Source: Alphaproteobacteria bacterium
GTDB lineage: Bacteria; Pseudomonadota; Alphaproteobacteria; Rickettsiales; JABCZZ01
Assembly: GCA_035906055.1 (NCBI GenBank)
Contig: JAMIFV010000016.1
Span: 2,210-66,209, forward strand
Direction of reading: 5' to 3'
Length of the DNA: 64,000 nucleotides
The translations under genes were made by a program, and so were the position numbers. Within the stretch, counting starts at the first letter, position 1. Each line of letters starts with the position of its first letter. Positions 1-9,102 of this stretch are shown here, piece by piece. The notes below the pieces were generated by a model, which was not told the origin of the DNA, made no database searches, and saw nothing but the letters and a program-made list of their open reading frames with translations.

Positions 1-66
1 CAGTCCGAGACTTACTGGCTTGCCCTGTTCCCGCATGTACTGGATGCGGCTCTTTCCTCGTCGCTT

Positions 67-1011
67 ATGAGTCTTGGGCTTCAGGTGATCGAAGGCGGTT
101 TTGCGCTGCGCTTAAGCAGGCCTTGGGCGGAAGGCTGGAAGAACGTGCGTGCCGCTATTGCGCAGCATGAATCCGCAGACACATGCGAGGTGGCGCTCAT
201 TCCTTCCGACGCTCCGCCGGGCCTGCAGGACTACCATATGGGCAAGACCACCGTGGCCGCGATCGACGCGCTGGCAGAGAGTTTATGGCTGGGTAATGCA
301 ATGCTTGAAGACCGCGTGGTCAGTTACATGCAGCCCATGCTGGATAAGCGCGGCAAAGTGTTCGGCTATGAAGCCTTCGCGCGTGTGGAAACAAAGGATG
401 GCCCGCCCATCGGCGGCGGCAAGATCATCGAGGCGAGCAAAGGCCTCAACGCGCAATACATACTCGACCGCCATCTGCATGTGAAAGCGGTGACGTCTTT
501 TATTTCCAGCGACCTTGAAGGATTCCTGTTTATCAATTTTGTGCCGGGTTTCATCCACCGCCCGGAAAAATACCTTGAAGGGCTTACCGACGCCGCCAAG
601 TTCAACGGCATGCCTGCCAAGCAGATCGTGCTGGATTTTACACGCTGCGAATCACCCAACGACCTGCACCAGATGAAGGCTATTTTTGATTATTGCCGCG
701 CCAAAGGCTATTCGCTGTCACTCGATGATATTTCATCCACGGCGCTTGCCAAGAAGATCCTTGATGCAATACGCCCCGACTTCATCAAGCTCGACATCGC
801 GCTGGTGCGTGGTGCGCTGGGCGGCGAGCAACAGAAAACCATTGCCGAACTGGTGAGGCTGGCCCATGGCGTGGGCGTTACGGTGGCTGCCGAAGGGGTG
901 GAATCCAAGGAGATACATAACGAGCTTATGAAAGCGGGCGTGGATCTCTTTCAGGGGTATTTGTTTTCTCCGCCCGTTGCCGTCTCAACCTTGAAAAAAG
1001 CAGTCGGCTAG
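67..1011 (+). CDS. EAL-domain protein (putative c-di-GMP phosphodiesterase)
   Basis: 314-aa ORF. EAL-family motifs are present: YEAF (EAL position), INF, LDDISS (DDFG position), IKLD, AAEGVESKE and QGYLFSPP. Confidence 0.85.
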   Translation: MSLGLQVIEGGFALRLSRPWAEGWKNVRAAIAQHESADTCEVALIPSDAPPGLQDYHMGKTTVAAIDALAESLWLGNAMLEDRVVSYMQPMLDKRGKVFGYEAFARVETKDGPPIGGGKIIEASKGLNAQYILDRHLHVKAVTSFISSDLEGFLFINFVPGFIHRPEKYLEGLTDAAKFNGMPAKQIVLDFTRCESPNDLHQMKAIFDYCRAKGYSLSLDDISSTALAKKILDAIRPDFIKLDIALVRGALGGEQQKTIAELVRLAHGVGVTVAAEGVESKEIHNELMKAGVDLFQGYLFSPPVAVSTLKKAVG

Positions 1012-1016
1012 GCTCC

Positions 1017-1075
1017 GGACTCATACATTTTCCTCTCCCTCTAAAGAGGAGGGGAAATGGTAGCATGAGTCCTGA
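1017..1075. repeat. Type B palindromic element (GGACTCAT ... ATGAGTCC ends, CCTCTCCC/GGGGA hairpin core)
   Basis: Reads ggactcatacattttcctctccctctaaagaggaggggaaatggtagcatgagtcctga. The inverted ends and hairpin core are shared with copies near 9003, 54155 and 63403. Confidence 0.75.
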
Positions 1076-1362
1076 CCCAGAGAGCTTTCCACATCCTCTT
1101 TATTCTTGCGCAGCGTCAGGCGCAGAACATCGGTTGCTAAAAAGCGCAGCAGCGTTTTTCCAAAACATCCCTGTACTCGAAGTTTTAAAAAATGCGTGGC
1201 ATGCATTCATATAATTTTAAATTCTCATGCATTTTAATATGCTTTTTATTAAAATTTGTTAAGCAAGCTGTTGATATTAAAACTTTTCTTTCCCATTTAA
1301 CCTGTGGTATATTTGGCACGTTCTTGATTTAACCTGAAGAGTAATGCGCTCGCATATTTAAT

Positions 1363-1377
1363 TTAACGTTATTTTAA
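1363..1377. promoter_or_regulatory. Candidate CtrA box (TTAA-N7-TTAA) upstream of cpaB
   Basis: ttaacgttattttaa is an exact match to the TTAA-N7-TTAA half-site pattern, about 60-75 bp upstream of the cpaB ATG. The intergenic region is AT-rich, so a chance match is possible. Confidence 0.25.
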
Positions 1378-1436
1378 GCCCGAAATGTTTACGTTGAAAT
1401 GTTGTTAACGCGGATCATTAAAAAAATTTTCTCTTT

Positions 1437-2309
1437 ATGAACGGACGCACCCTGGTTTTATTCGTTGTTGCGATCATGATTGCAGTCTCTGCGATCATCA
1501 TCGTGAAGAATCGCACGGGCAGCACGGCAGGCGCTAAAGTGCTGGTTGCCAAGGGCAACATAGATATGGGCGCGTTCGTCCGCGCTGACAAACAGCTCGG
1601 CTGGGTGGAATGGCAGGGCGAGATAGCTCCCTCGTTCATCACGTCCGAAAAATTCAGGATCGAAGATTTCAACGGCGCTGTCGCGCGCCGCCCCATCCTC
1701 TCTGGCGAGCCGGTGACGGCCATCTCCGTAGTGCGCGTGAATGAAGGCGGCTTCATGTCTGCCGTGCTCACGCCCGGCAAGCGTGCCGTTTCCATCGCGG
1801 TAAGCCCCACTTCCGGCAATGCGGGCTTCGTGTTTCCCGGTGACCATATTGACCTTATCCTCACGCACCGCATTCCCGTGCAGGAAGGCAACCGCGATGT
1901 GCTGGCAAGCGAGACATTCATCCGTGATGCGCGTATCCTCGCCGTGGACCAGATGCTTTCCAATCCTGAGAACGTAGCCGTGGTCGCCAAGACCCTCACG
2001 CTCGAAGTGACTCCCAAGCAGGCTGAAATGGTGAATGTTGCCATCAATCTTGGTTCCATATCCGTGAGCCTGCGCAGCCTCGCCGCCAAAACGGATGCTG
2101 CCGGTGCCGAAGAACCCAGAGGCGAAGGCACGCTGACATCCGCGCAGCCGCATCCGGTTCAGGCTAACGACAATCAGCCAAGCGATTTCTCTACTAATAA
2201 TGACGTCAGCAAGCTGATGGGTGAAAAAAGCGCCGTGCGTACGAAGGTGAACGTCATACGTGGCAGTACGGCAGAGGCCATAGACTTCAGCAAGGAAACC
2301 ACAGAATGA
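1437..2309 (+). CDS. cpaB: Flp pilus assembly protein CpaB
   Basis: 290 aa with an N-terminal TM segment (LVLFVVAIMIAVSAIIIV). Position directly before the secretin gene in cpa order; overall CpaB/RcpC-like layout. Confidence 0.8.
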   Translation: MNGRTLVLFVVAIMIAVSAIIIVKNRTGSTAGAKVLVAKGNIDMGAFVRADKQLGWVEWQGEIAPSFITSEKFRIEDFNGAVARRPILSGEPVTAISVVRVNEGGFMSAVLTPGKRAVSIAVSPTSGNAGFVFPGDHIDLILTHRIPVQEGNRDVLASETFIRDARILAVDQMLSNPENVAVVAKTLTLEVTPKQAEMVNVAINLGSISVSLRSLAAKTDAAGAEEPRGEGTLTSAQPHPVQANDNQPSDFSTNNDVSKLMGEKSAVRTKVNVIRGSTAEAIDFSKETTE

Positions 2310-2464
2310 GAGAATGTTCCGTAAGTCTACCATGCCTTGCTGCAAACCGCGTTTTCCTGCGCGTTGCTGCTCACGTACTGGCGTGTACGCTGCGCTGCAA
2401 TGCTCGCAAAACGCAGTTTTCGCTTTCGGCATGGCGGCTTCTGAAACAGTCTCTAAGACTCACT

Positions 2465-3853
2465 ATGGCGTTGAGCGTGATGTTTGCCGCTCCCGCGCTT
2501 GCGCAGGAAGAGATCGGGGCTGAGCGGAATTACAACATCGAAGTGAGCAAGGGTAAGCTTATCAAGCTCAGTTCGCCAGCTTCTGCGGTTATCGCAGCCG
2601 ACCCTACCATTGCCGACGTGCAGGTGATCTCGCCCACGATGGTCTATGTCAATGGCAGGGCCGTGGGTGAAACCACCGTATTCGCGGTGGATTCCGGCGA
2701 TAAGGAGATACTGCGCGCCGTGGTAAACGTTACCAATAACCTCAGCAAGCTGAACAGGGCTGTGAAAGCCCTCGTTCCCGATGCCAACGTAACCTTCCAG
2801 TCGATCGACGGTGCGCTGGTGATGAACGGCGAAGTGGACTCCCCCCTGCAGGCAGAAGACGTAAGGCGCCTCGCATCCTCATTCACCCGGCCCAACCAGC
2901 AACTGGTGAACATGATCCGTCCGCTGGGCTCCAACCAGGTGATGCTCAAGGTGCGTATCGCGGAAGTGAACCGCACCGAGCTGAAGCGCTTCGGCATCAG
3001 CCTGCAGAACCTTTCCAGCATGTCGAACTTCGCTTTCGGCCTGCTGCGCGGCAGGCAGATACTGGATGCGGATACCGGCGTGTTTACCCGCAACGGCACC
3101 GACAACAGCGTGTTCGGCCAGTTCAATGACGGCCAGACCAATATCAACGGCGTTATCGACGCGCTGGAAGACAACAACCTCGTTTCCACCCTTGCGGAAC
3201 CCACGCTCACCACGCAGTCCGGCCAGCCCGCCAGCTTTCTCGCCGGTGGCCAGTTCCCCGTTCCGCTCGTGACGGGCAGCGGAAGCAATGCGCAGGTATC
3301 CATCAGCTATCAGCCCTTCGGTGTGAGCCTTGCATTCACGCCGGTAGTGCTCTCCAAAGACCGCATCAGCCTGGTGGTGTCGCCTGAAGTCAGCTCGCTC
3401 TCGCAGACGGGCGCCGTGACCAATGCGGGCTTCAACATTCCTGCGCTGCAGACCCGCAGGGCTTCCACCACGGTGGAACTGGGCAGCGGCCAGAGCTTTG
3501 CCATCGCCGGTCTGTTGCAGAACGACCGCAGCAACGACATCAACAAATTTCCGTTCCTTGGCGACATGCCGGTGCTGGGCGCGCTGTTCCGCTCACGCCA
3601 GTTCCAGCATAACCAGTCGGAACTGGTGATCATCGTAACGCCCTACATCGTGGACGGCGTAAGCGACCCCAACAAGCTGAGCGATCCCACGCAGGGCCTT
3701 GTGCTGGCCAGCGAAGCGGAAAGCCTGCTGATGGGCAAGCTTTATAAAGACAAGCCTGTGCGTGAGAAGAACAACATGCCTGTTGCCAGTGACGAGCCGG
3801 TTTCCGCCGAAAGGCCGAGGCTCTATGGCAAGGCAGGGCATATTCTGAAATAG
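2465..3853 (+). CDS. cpaC: Tad/Flp pilus secretin CpaC (RcpA family)
   Basis: Secretin core LAEPTLTTQSGQPASFLAGGQFPVP, ALQTRRASTTVELGSGQSFAIAGL and LGDMPVLGALFRS. The track ORF opens at 2306. First ATG with a signal-like MALSVMFAAPALAQE is at 2465, so the start is uncertain. Confidence 0.88.
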   Translation: MALSVMFAAPALAQEEIGAERNYNIEVSKGKLIKLSSPASAVIAADPTIADVQVISPTMVYVNGRAVGETTVFAVDSGDKEILRAVVNVTNNLSKLNRAVKALVPDANVTFQSIDGALVMNGEVDSPLQAEDVRRLASSFTRPNQQLVNMIRPLGSNQVMLKVRIAEVNRTELKRFGISLQNLSSMSNFAFGLLRGRQILDADTGVFTRNGTDNSVFGQFNDGQTNINGVIDALEDNNLVSTLAEPTLTTQSGQPASFLAGGQFPVPLVTGSGSNAQVSISYQPFGVSLAFTPVVLSKDRISLVVSPEVSSLSQTGAVTNAGFNIPALQTRRASTTVELGSGQSFAIAGLLQNDRSNDINKFPFLGDMPVLGALFRSRQFQHNQSELVIIVTPYIVDGVSDPNKLSDPTQGLVLASEAESLLMGKLYKDKPVREKNNMPVASDEPVSAERPRLYGKAGHILK

Positions 3854-3872
3854 CCGGAACCGGGGTAAAGGT

Positions 3873-4235
3873 ATGAACAAGTATGTGATGATGGTGGCAG
3901 GTGCTCTGGCGGTGGTATTGGCAGGGTGCCACACTTCCCAGTCGCAGGGGATAACGAGCAAGACCGCGATCTCGCCCGAGGTCAGGCAATGCCCGGACTG
4001 GAGCTCCGACCCGGTATCCAATTACAGCAATGAGGATTTCAGCAATCTGGGCTGCGCGACATCCAATAACCTTTACGTGCAGTTGAAGGACAAAAAAGAC
4101 TATAAACATGGACGCAGTAAGTCAGGGATCACCGCAAGCAGGGACAGTGCCATCATGCAGAATTACATGAACGGCGCGGGCTCGGGTGCGGCGTCTTCCT
4201 CATCTGATGCGTCCGCAGCATCGACGAGTAGATAA
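3873..4235 (+). CDS. CpaD-like pilus lipoprotein
   Basis: 120 aa with a lipobox-type signal (VVLAGC). Sits in the cpaD slot between cpaC and cpaE. Confidence 0.55.
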   Translation: MNKYVMMVAGALAVVLAGCHTSQSQGITSKTAISPEVRQCPDWSSDPVSNYSNEDFSNLGCATSNNLYVQLKDKKDYKHGRSKSGITASRDSAIMQNYMNGAGSGAASSSSDASAASTSR

Positions 4236-4240
4236 AAGCC

Positions 4241-5494
4241 ATGAGCAATACGGCTGGCAGCGCCGCAGGCGGCGGACAGGGGACTGGTAAGAAACATCCG
4301 TTCATAGCATTTGTGTCCGATGCGGAGAGCGTCGCCCAATTGCAGCAATTCTGCGCAGCCAGAGGCTGGAACAACGCGGTCGTGCATCAGGGCGATACGG
4401 ACGCGGCCGTCACTTACCTCAAGAATTCCCCTTCGCCCGATGTGCTGCTGATTGATGTGGCTTCGGCGGAAAGCGCGCCCGCCGCATTCGACCGCCTCGC
4501 CGACGTGTGCGAGCCGGGCGTAAAGGTCATCGTCACCGGCAAGGTCAATGAATACAGTTTCTATTGCTGGCTGGTGGATATGGGCATTTCCAGCTACCTG
4601 CTGAAGCCCCTCACGGCGGCGGCGCTGGACGGCGCATACAAAAAAGCCACCGATATCCTCCCTGCCGCTCCCGTGGCCGCAGCCGCGCAGGCCGCGCGGG
4701 CGCCGAGCAAAGTGATTTCCATCATCGGCGCGCGGGGCGGTTCTGGCGCGACGACGGTTGCCACCAACCTTGCGTGGCTGCTGTCGCACCAGCTCAGCCA
4801 GAAAACCGCGCTGCTGGACTTTGACCCCCAGCTTGGCACCGTGGCTTTGTCGCTTGATCTCGAACCGGGAAGGGGCCTGCGTGAAGCGCTGGAGAAACCT
4901 GAGCGTATCGACGCGCTGTTCCTTGACAGGGTAATGGTGAAAGTAGACGACAACCTCTCCATCCTCAGCACCGAGGAGGGCATGGAGGAGCAGATAACCC
5001 CGAACGAAGCCGCCGCCGAGGCGCTCTTCAGGCAAACCCGCGCCAAATACACGCATATCGTGGTGGACGTTCCGCGCATGCTTTCGCCGTTCACGCGCTT
5101 TGCGCTTAAGGCTTCCGACCATGTGATCTGCGTGACCGAACTGAGCCTTATGGGGCTGCGTGAGTCGTTGCGTTATCTTGAATATTGCCGCGATGTGCTC
5201 AAGATCGCGCCGCCGGTTTTTGTAGCCAACCGCGTAGGCGTGGCAGGTAAACACCAGATGCCGCAATCGGAGTTTGAAAAAGGGCTTGGCGCCAAGGTGG
5301 AATACACCATTCCTCTGGTGCTTGACGCCCATGCCGCTGCGACCGAAGGCAAGGTGCTGGCGGAAAAAACCAAGAACTCTCCTGCGGTCAAGGCGTTCCA
5401 TATGCTGGCCCAGCGCTTTGTGGAAGCCGCCGACGGCGCAACGTCGAGGAAGCCGGAAAAAGGCGGGATATTATCTTTCATGAAAAAAGGATAA
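4241..5494 (+). CDS. cpaE: Pilus assembly protein CpaE (receiver-like domain plus MinD/ParA-type ATPase)
   Basis: 417 aa. Deviant Walker A region IISIIGARGGSGATTVATNLAW and an N-terminal REC-like fold. Located in the cpa gene order. Confidence 0.85.
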   Translation: MSNTAGSAAGGGQGTGKKHPFIAFVSDAESVAQLQQFCAARGWNNAVVHQGDTDAAVTYLKNSPSPDVLLIDVASAESAPAAFDRLADVCEPGVKVIVTGKVNEYSFYCWLVDMGISSYLLKPLTAAALDGAYKKATDILPAAPVAAAAQAARAPSKVISIIGARGGSGATTVATNLAWLLSHQLSQKTALLDFDPQLGTVALSLDLEPGRGLREALEKPERIDALFLDRVMVKVDDNLSILSTEEGMEEQITPNEAAAEALFRQTRAKYTHIVVDVPRMLSPFTRFALKASDHVICVTELSLMGLRESLRYLEYCRDVLKIAPPVFVANRVGVAGKHQMPQSEFEKGLGAKVEYTIPLVLDAHAAATEGKVLAEKTKNSPAVKAFHMLAQRFVEAADGATSRKPEKGGILSFMKKG

Positions 5495-5498
5495 GCAG

Positions 5499-6950
5499 AT
5501 GGCAGCATTCGGCCGGCGCAGTTCGGTGGATAATGCGTCTGCCCCGGCGGGGGCTGGGCCTGTCATACCCGCTGCAAACATGTCGTCTTCCCCGGCTGCT
5601 GCATCCGAGGCGGTGAAGCCGGCGGAAGAGCGCCTGAAGCCGCAGGTGCATGTTGAGGATTCCCCGGCGGATAATGAAAAGCTCAAGGCGCTTACGCAAG
5701 CCAGCGCCACCAAGGATAAGATTTACTCGCTGCTGATGGAGCAGATCGACCTTTCCAGCGCGTCGCGCCTTCCGCGCCCGGACCTGAAGCGCCAGATCAT
5801 CGACCTGATCGGTGAGATCGTGATGGAGCAGAAACTGCTCATCAACCAGACCGAGCAGCAGATGCTGGCCAACCAGATCGTGGACGACATGCTCGGCCTC
5901 GGCCCCCTTGAGCCGTTGCTGCAGGACGAGACCATTACGGATATCATGGTCAACGGCCCCAATCAGGTTTATGTGGAGCAGAAAGGCAAGCTGCGCCTGA
6001 CGGACGTGAAATTCCGCGATAACGGCCATGTAATGGCCATCGCCCAGCGCATCGTGACGGCGATCGGCAGGCGCGTGGACGAATCCAGCCCCATATGCGA
6101 CGCGCGCCTTATGGACGGCAGCCGCGTGAACGTGATAGCGCCGCCCCTTGCCATTCGCGGCTGCAGCGTCTCCATACGTAAATTCTCCAAGAAGAAGATC
6201 ACGCTGGATATCATGGCGTCGCAGAAGAATATCTCCGACAATCTCTGCAAGGTGCTGAAAATAGCCGGGGCGATACGCCTGAATATCATCATCTCCGGCG
6301 GTACGGGTTCGGGTAAAACTACCCTGCTTAACGCGCTCTCGCAGATGATCGACCACGGTGAGCGTATCGTGACCATTGAGGACGCCGCCGAGTTGCAGTT
6401 GCAGCAGCCCCACGTGGTGCCGCTGGAAACAAGGCCCGCCAACCTCGAAGGCGAGGGCGAAATCACCATGCGCGATCTTGTGAAGAACGCGCTGCGTATG
6501 CGGCCTGACCGTATTATCCTTGGCGAGGTGCGCGGCGCGGAATGTATTGATCTTCTGCAGGCCATGAACACGGGCCATGACGGTTCTTTCGGCACGCTGC
6601 ACGCCAACAGCCCGCGAGAAGCGCTCACGCGTATGGAAAACATGGTGGGCATGGCGGGCATCAACCTGCCCAGCAAGGCCGTGCGCACGCAGATAGCCAG
6701 CGCCGTGAACCTTATCGTGCAGATCAGCCGCATGCGCGACGGCATCCGCCGCATTACCCACGTTACCGAGCTGGTGGGCATGGAAGGCGACGTGATCGTG
6801 ACGCAGGATCTATTCCATTTTGAATTTCAGGGCGAAGATGAAAAAGGCAAGCTGGTGGGCGAGTTCAAATCCACCGGCCTGCGCCCCAACTGCATTGCGC
6901 AGGCAGCCTATTACGGCCTCGATAAAGCGTTGCTGGAGGCCATGGGATGA
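5499..6950 (+). CDS. cpaF: Tad secretion ATPase CpaF/TadA
   Basis: 483 aa. Walker A ISGGTGSGKTTLLNAL, RIILGEVRG, and His box GHDGSFGTLHANS. Confidence 0.95.
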   Translation: MAAFGRRSSVDNASAPAGAGPVIPAANMSSSPAAASEAVKPAEERLKPQVHVEDSPADNEKLKALTQASATKDKIYSLLMEQIDLSSASRLPRPDLKRQIIDLIGEIVMEQKLLINQTEQQMLANQIVDDMLGLGPLEPLLQDETITDIMVNGPNQVYVEQKGKLRLTDVKFRDNGHVMAIAQRIVTAIGRRVDESSPICDARLMDGSRVNVIAPPLAIRGCSVSIRKFSKKKITLDIMASQKNISDNLCKVLKIAGAIRLNIIISGGTGSGKTTLLNALSQMIDHGERIVTIEDAAELQLQQPHVVPLETRPANLEGEGEITMRDLVKNALRMRPDRIILGEVRGAECIDLLQAMNTGHDGSFGTLHANSPREALTRMENMVGMAGINLPSKAVRTQIASAVNLIVQISRMRDGIRRITHVTELVGMEGDVIVTQDLFHFEFQGEDEKGKLVGEFKSTGLRPNCIAQAAYYGLDKALLEAMG

Positions 6951-7858
6951 TATCCGCCATCCTGGGCAGCAAAGTAAGCGCAAAACGCATGGCAAGGGTG
7001 ACCCGCCGCCGGTCAACTGCCGTTGAGCGTTCATTCGACGCGCTCAGCTTGCGCCGCAAGGCGAAGGGCAGCTCCATCCCCGGACTCAACAAGCTGTTCA
7101 GCGGCTTTGAGCTTACGGCATCCCTGCGTGCCAAACTGGAGCGCGCGGGCATGAGTATCGGCGCGGAAATGTTTATCACGCTGTGCGTGTCTATTATCGT
7201 TGCGTTCGTGCTGCTGTTCGTGCTGCTCAAGAAAAAGATTATTATCGGCGTGGCGCTGGGCCTGTTCTTCGGGTTCCTGGTGCCGAGGTTTATCGTGAAC
7301 TTCCGCGCCAACAAGCGCATCAAGAAGTTCCTCATATTGTTCCCCGACGCGATCGATTTTATCGTGCGCGGCCTGCGCTCCGGCCTTCCGGTATCGGAAT
7401 CCATGAACATGGTAGGCAAGGAAATGGAACAGCCCATCGCGGGCATATTCGCCGATATAGGTGAATCGGTGAAACTGGGCGTCTCGCTGGAAAAAGCGCT
7501 GCAGGACACGGCAAAAAGGCTGAAATCCACGGAGTTCAACTTCTTCACCACCACCATCATCCTGCAGAGGGAAACAGGCGGCAATCTTTCGGAGATCCTC
7601 AACAACCTCGCCGATGTGCTGCGCAAGCGCTACATGATGCGCATGAAGATCAAGGCGATGTCTTCCGAAGCCAAGGCTTCGGCGATGATCGTGGGCTCGT
7701 TGCCGTTCATCGTTATCGCCGCGCTTACGTTCGTGGCGCCCGACTACCTGACGCCGCTGATAGAAACTTCCAGCGGCAATATCGCCGCCGGGTGCGCAGC
7801 GCTCAGCCTTACGCTTGGTATCACGATCATGATCAAAATGTCGCAGTTCGAGATATAG
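6947..7858 (+). CDS. tadB: Tad inner-membrane platform protein TadB (T2SS F family)
   Basis: 303-aa polytopic protein. ATGA overlap with the cpaF stop; T2SSF-like layout. Confidence 0.8.
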   Translation: MISAILGSKVSAKRMARVTRRRSTAVERSFDALSLRRKAKGSSIPGLNKLFSGFELTASLRAKLERAGMSIGAEMFITLCVSIIVAFVLLFVLLKKKIIIGVALGLFFGFLVPRFIVNFRANKRIKKFLILFPDAIDFIVRGLRSGLPVSESMNMVGKEMEQPIAGIFADIGESVKLGVSLEKALQDTAKRLKSTEFNFFTTTIILQRETGGNLSEILNNLADVLRKRYMMRMKIKAMSSEAKASAMIVGSLPFIVIAALTFVAPDYLTPLIETSSGNIAAGCAALSLTLGITIMIKMSQFEI

Positions 7859-7872
7859 GGGGCACCTTCCAG

Positions 7873-8841
7873 ATGTTTTCAAACCTGCTCGTAGGATTGC
7901 CAGTAGACTCCGCCATGTTCCTGTTCGTGGCGGTTATCACGATCATCGTGGTGTGGTTCTTCATCAAAAACGTGCTGCACCATAACAAGTTTGCCACCCG
8001 CGTGAAAGCACTGCAGGAACGCCGCACACAGTTGCGTGCCGAACTGGTCAACACCCGCAAGCGCACGCGCAGGCAACAGGCCCCGGTGGGCATGGGCATG
8101 ATGCGCGCCGTGGTGAACAAGTTCAACCTTCTGCAGAAATCGCAGGTCGGCAAGATCAATCATATGCTCATCAACGCGGGCTACCGTTCCAAGGACGCCA
8201 TCTTCATCTATGCGTTCTTCCAGCTTGTGCTGCCCATCTTCTTCCTTGTGATCGCCATTATCATCTCCAAGATTGATTTCTCCCAGCCGTTTGCTGTGAA
8301 GTGGAGGCCCCTGTTTGTGCTAGGCTCGGCCTATCTCGGCCTGAAGCTGCCCAGCATCCTTGTGCTCAACGCGCGCAACAAGCGCTATTATGAAGTTCAG
8401 AAGTCGCTTTCCGATACGCTTGACCTGCTCATGATCTGCGCGGAAGCGGGCTTAAGCCTTGCCGCCGCGCTGGACAGGGTATCGCGCGAATTGATGCTGG
8501 CCTATCCCGAAATGGCCGAGGAACTCATGCTCACCTCTATCGAGATAGGCTTCCTGCCGGACAGGAAGAAGGCGCTGCAAAACCTTGCGGAGCGTGTGGA
8601 TATGCCGGAAATACGAAACATTGTGGGCGTGCTTATCCAGACGGAGAAATACGGCACGCCGATCGCTCAGGCGCTGCGCGTGCTGGCCGCCGAATTCCGC
8701 ACTGCGCGCATGCTGCGCGCCGAACAGAAAGCGGCAAGGCTGCCTGCCATCATGACCGTGCCGATGATCATATTCATCCTGCCGACACTCTTTATAGTGG
8801 TGCTGTCACCCGCGCTTATACGCGTCTCGCATAATATGTGA
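7873..8841 (+). CDS. tadC: Tad inner-membrane platform protein TadC
   Basis: The track ORF opens at 7792. The ATG at 7873 (MFSNLLVGLP) follows the tadB stop. Polytopic, T2SSF-like (CAEAGLSLAAALDRV). Confidence 0.8.
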   Translation: MFSNLLVGLPVDSAMFLFVAVITIIVVWFFIKNVLHHNKFATRVKALQERRTQLRAELVNTRKRTRRQQAPVGMGMMRAVVNKFNLLQKSQVGKINHMLINAGYRSKDAIFIYAFFQLVLPIFFLVIAIIISKIDFSQPFAVKWRPLFVLGSAYLGLKLPSILVLNARNKRYYEVQKSLSDTLDLLMICAEAGLSLAAALDRVSRELMLAYPEMAEELMLTSIEIGFLPDRKKALQNLAERVDMPEIRNIVGVLIQTEKYGTPIAQALRVLAAEFRTARMLRAEQKAARLPAIMTVPMIIFILPTLFIVVLSPALIRVSHNM

Positions 8842-8969
8842 TAGCGCACTTTCCATTTAATCGTTCGCGTTGTTATCCATCGGTCTCGGTGTGCTCATGT
8901 ACTGCGCGTACACTGCGCGCACCTCGCCTCGGCTGCCTAGCGAACAATTAAAGCGAAAACGCTCTATAG
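8842..8969. mobile_element. MITE-like element, family A copy 1 (128 bp, about 30-bp imperfect terminal inverted repeats)
   Basis: Near-identical to 52411-52538: about ten substitutions and no indels by manual alignment. Left end is tagcgcactttccatttaatcgttcgc. Reverse complement of the right end is tagagcgttttcgctttaattgttcgc. Internal hairpin ggtgtgctcatgtac..gtacactgcgcgcacc. Confidence 0.85.
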
Positions 8970-9002
8970 TCATTTCCTGAATTGGCGCAGTGAATTGCGG
9001 GC

Positions 9003-9072
9003 TCAGCACTCAATAAACTGATGCTTTCTTTTCCTCTTCCGCTTTGCAGGAGGGGGAATGTATAAAATCAGA
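9003..9072. repeat. Degenerate type B palindromic element
   Basis: gcactcaataaactgatgctttcttttcctcttccgctttgcaggaggggga closely parallels the left half of the copies at 54155 and 63403. The ends are decayed. Confidence 0.6.
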
Positions 9073-9102
9073 GCAATCACGCGAAGCGAAAGCGTTCGAG
9101 AG

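Noticed and set aside
1012-1436. A possible Flp pilin or cpaA gene hidden in the gap upstream of cpaB. The 8842-9102 gap was considered for the same reason.
   Set aside because: Reading all frames by eye shows only a palindromic repeat and AT-rich non-coding DNA. There is no small ORF with a hydrophobic Flp-like core. A sensitive search is still advisable.
5478-6761. A 427-aa ORF antisense to cpaF. Similar long antisense ORFs occur at 1458-2432, 4163-5401, 11357-12421, 30453-31748, 32589-33572 and 61384-62436.
   Set aside because: Each lies opposite a gene with strong family motifs. Their translations are Arg/His/Ala/Gly-rich and low in complexity, with no recognisable motifs. This is typical of shadow ORFs in GC-rich DNA.
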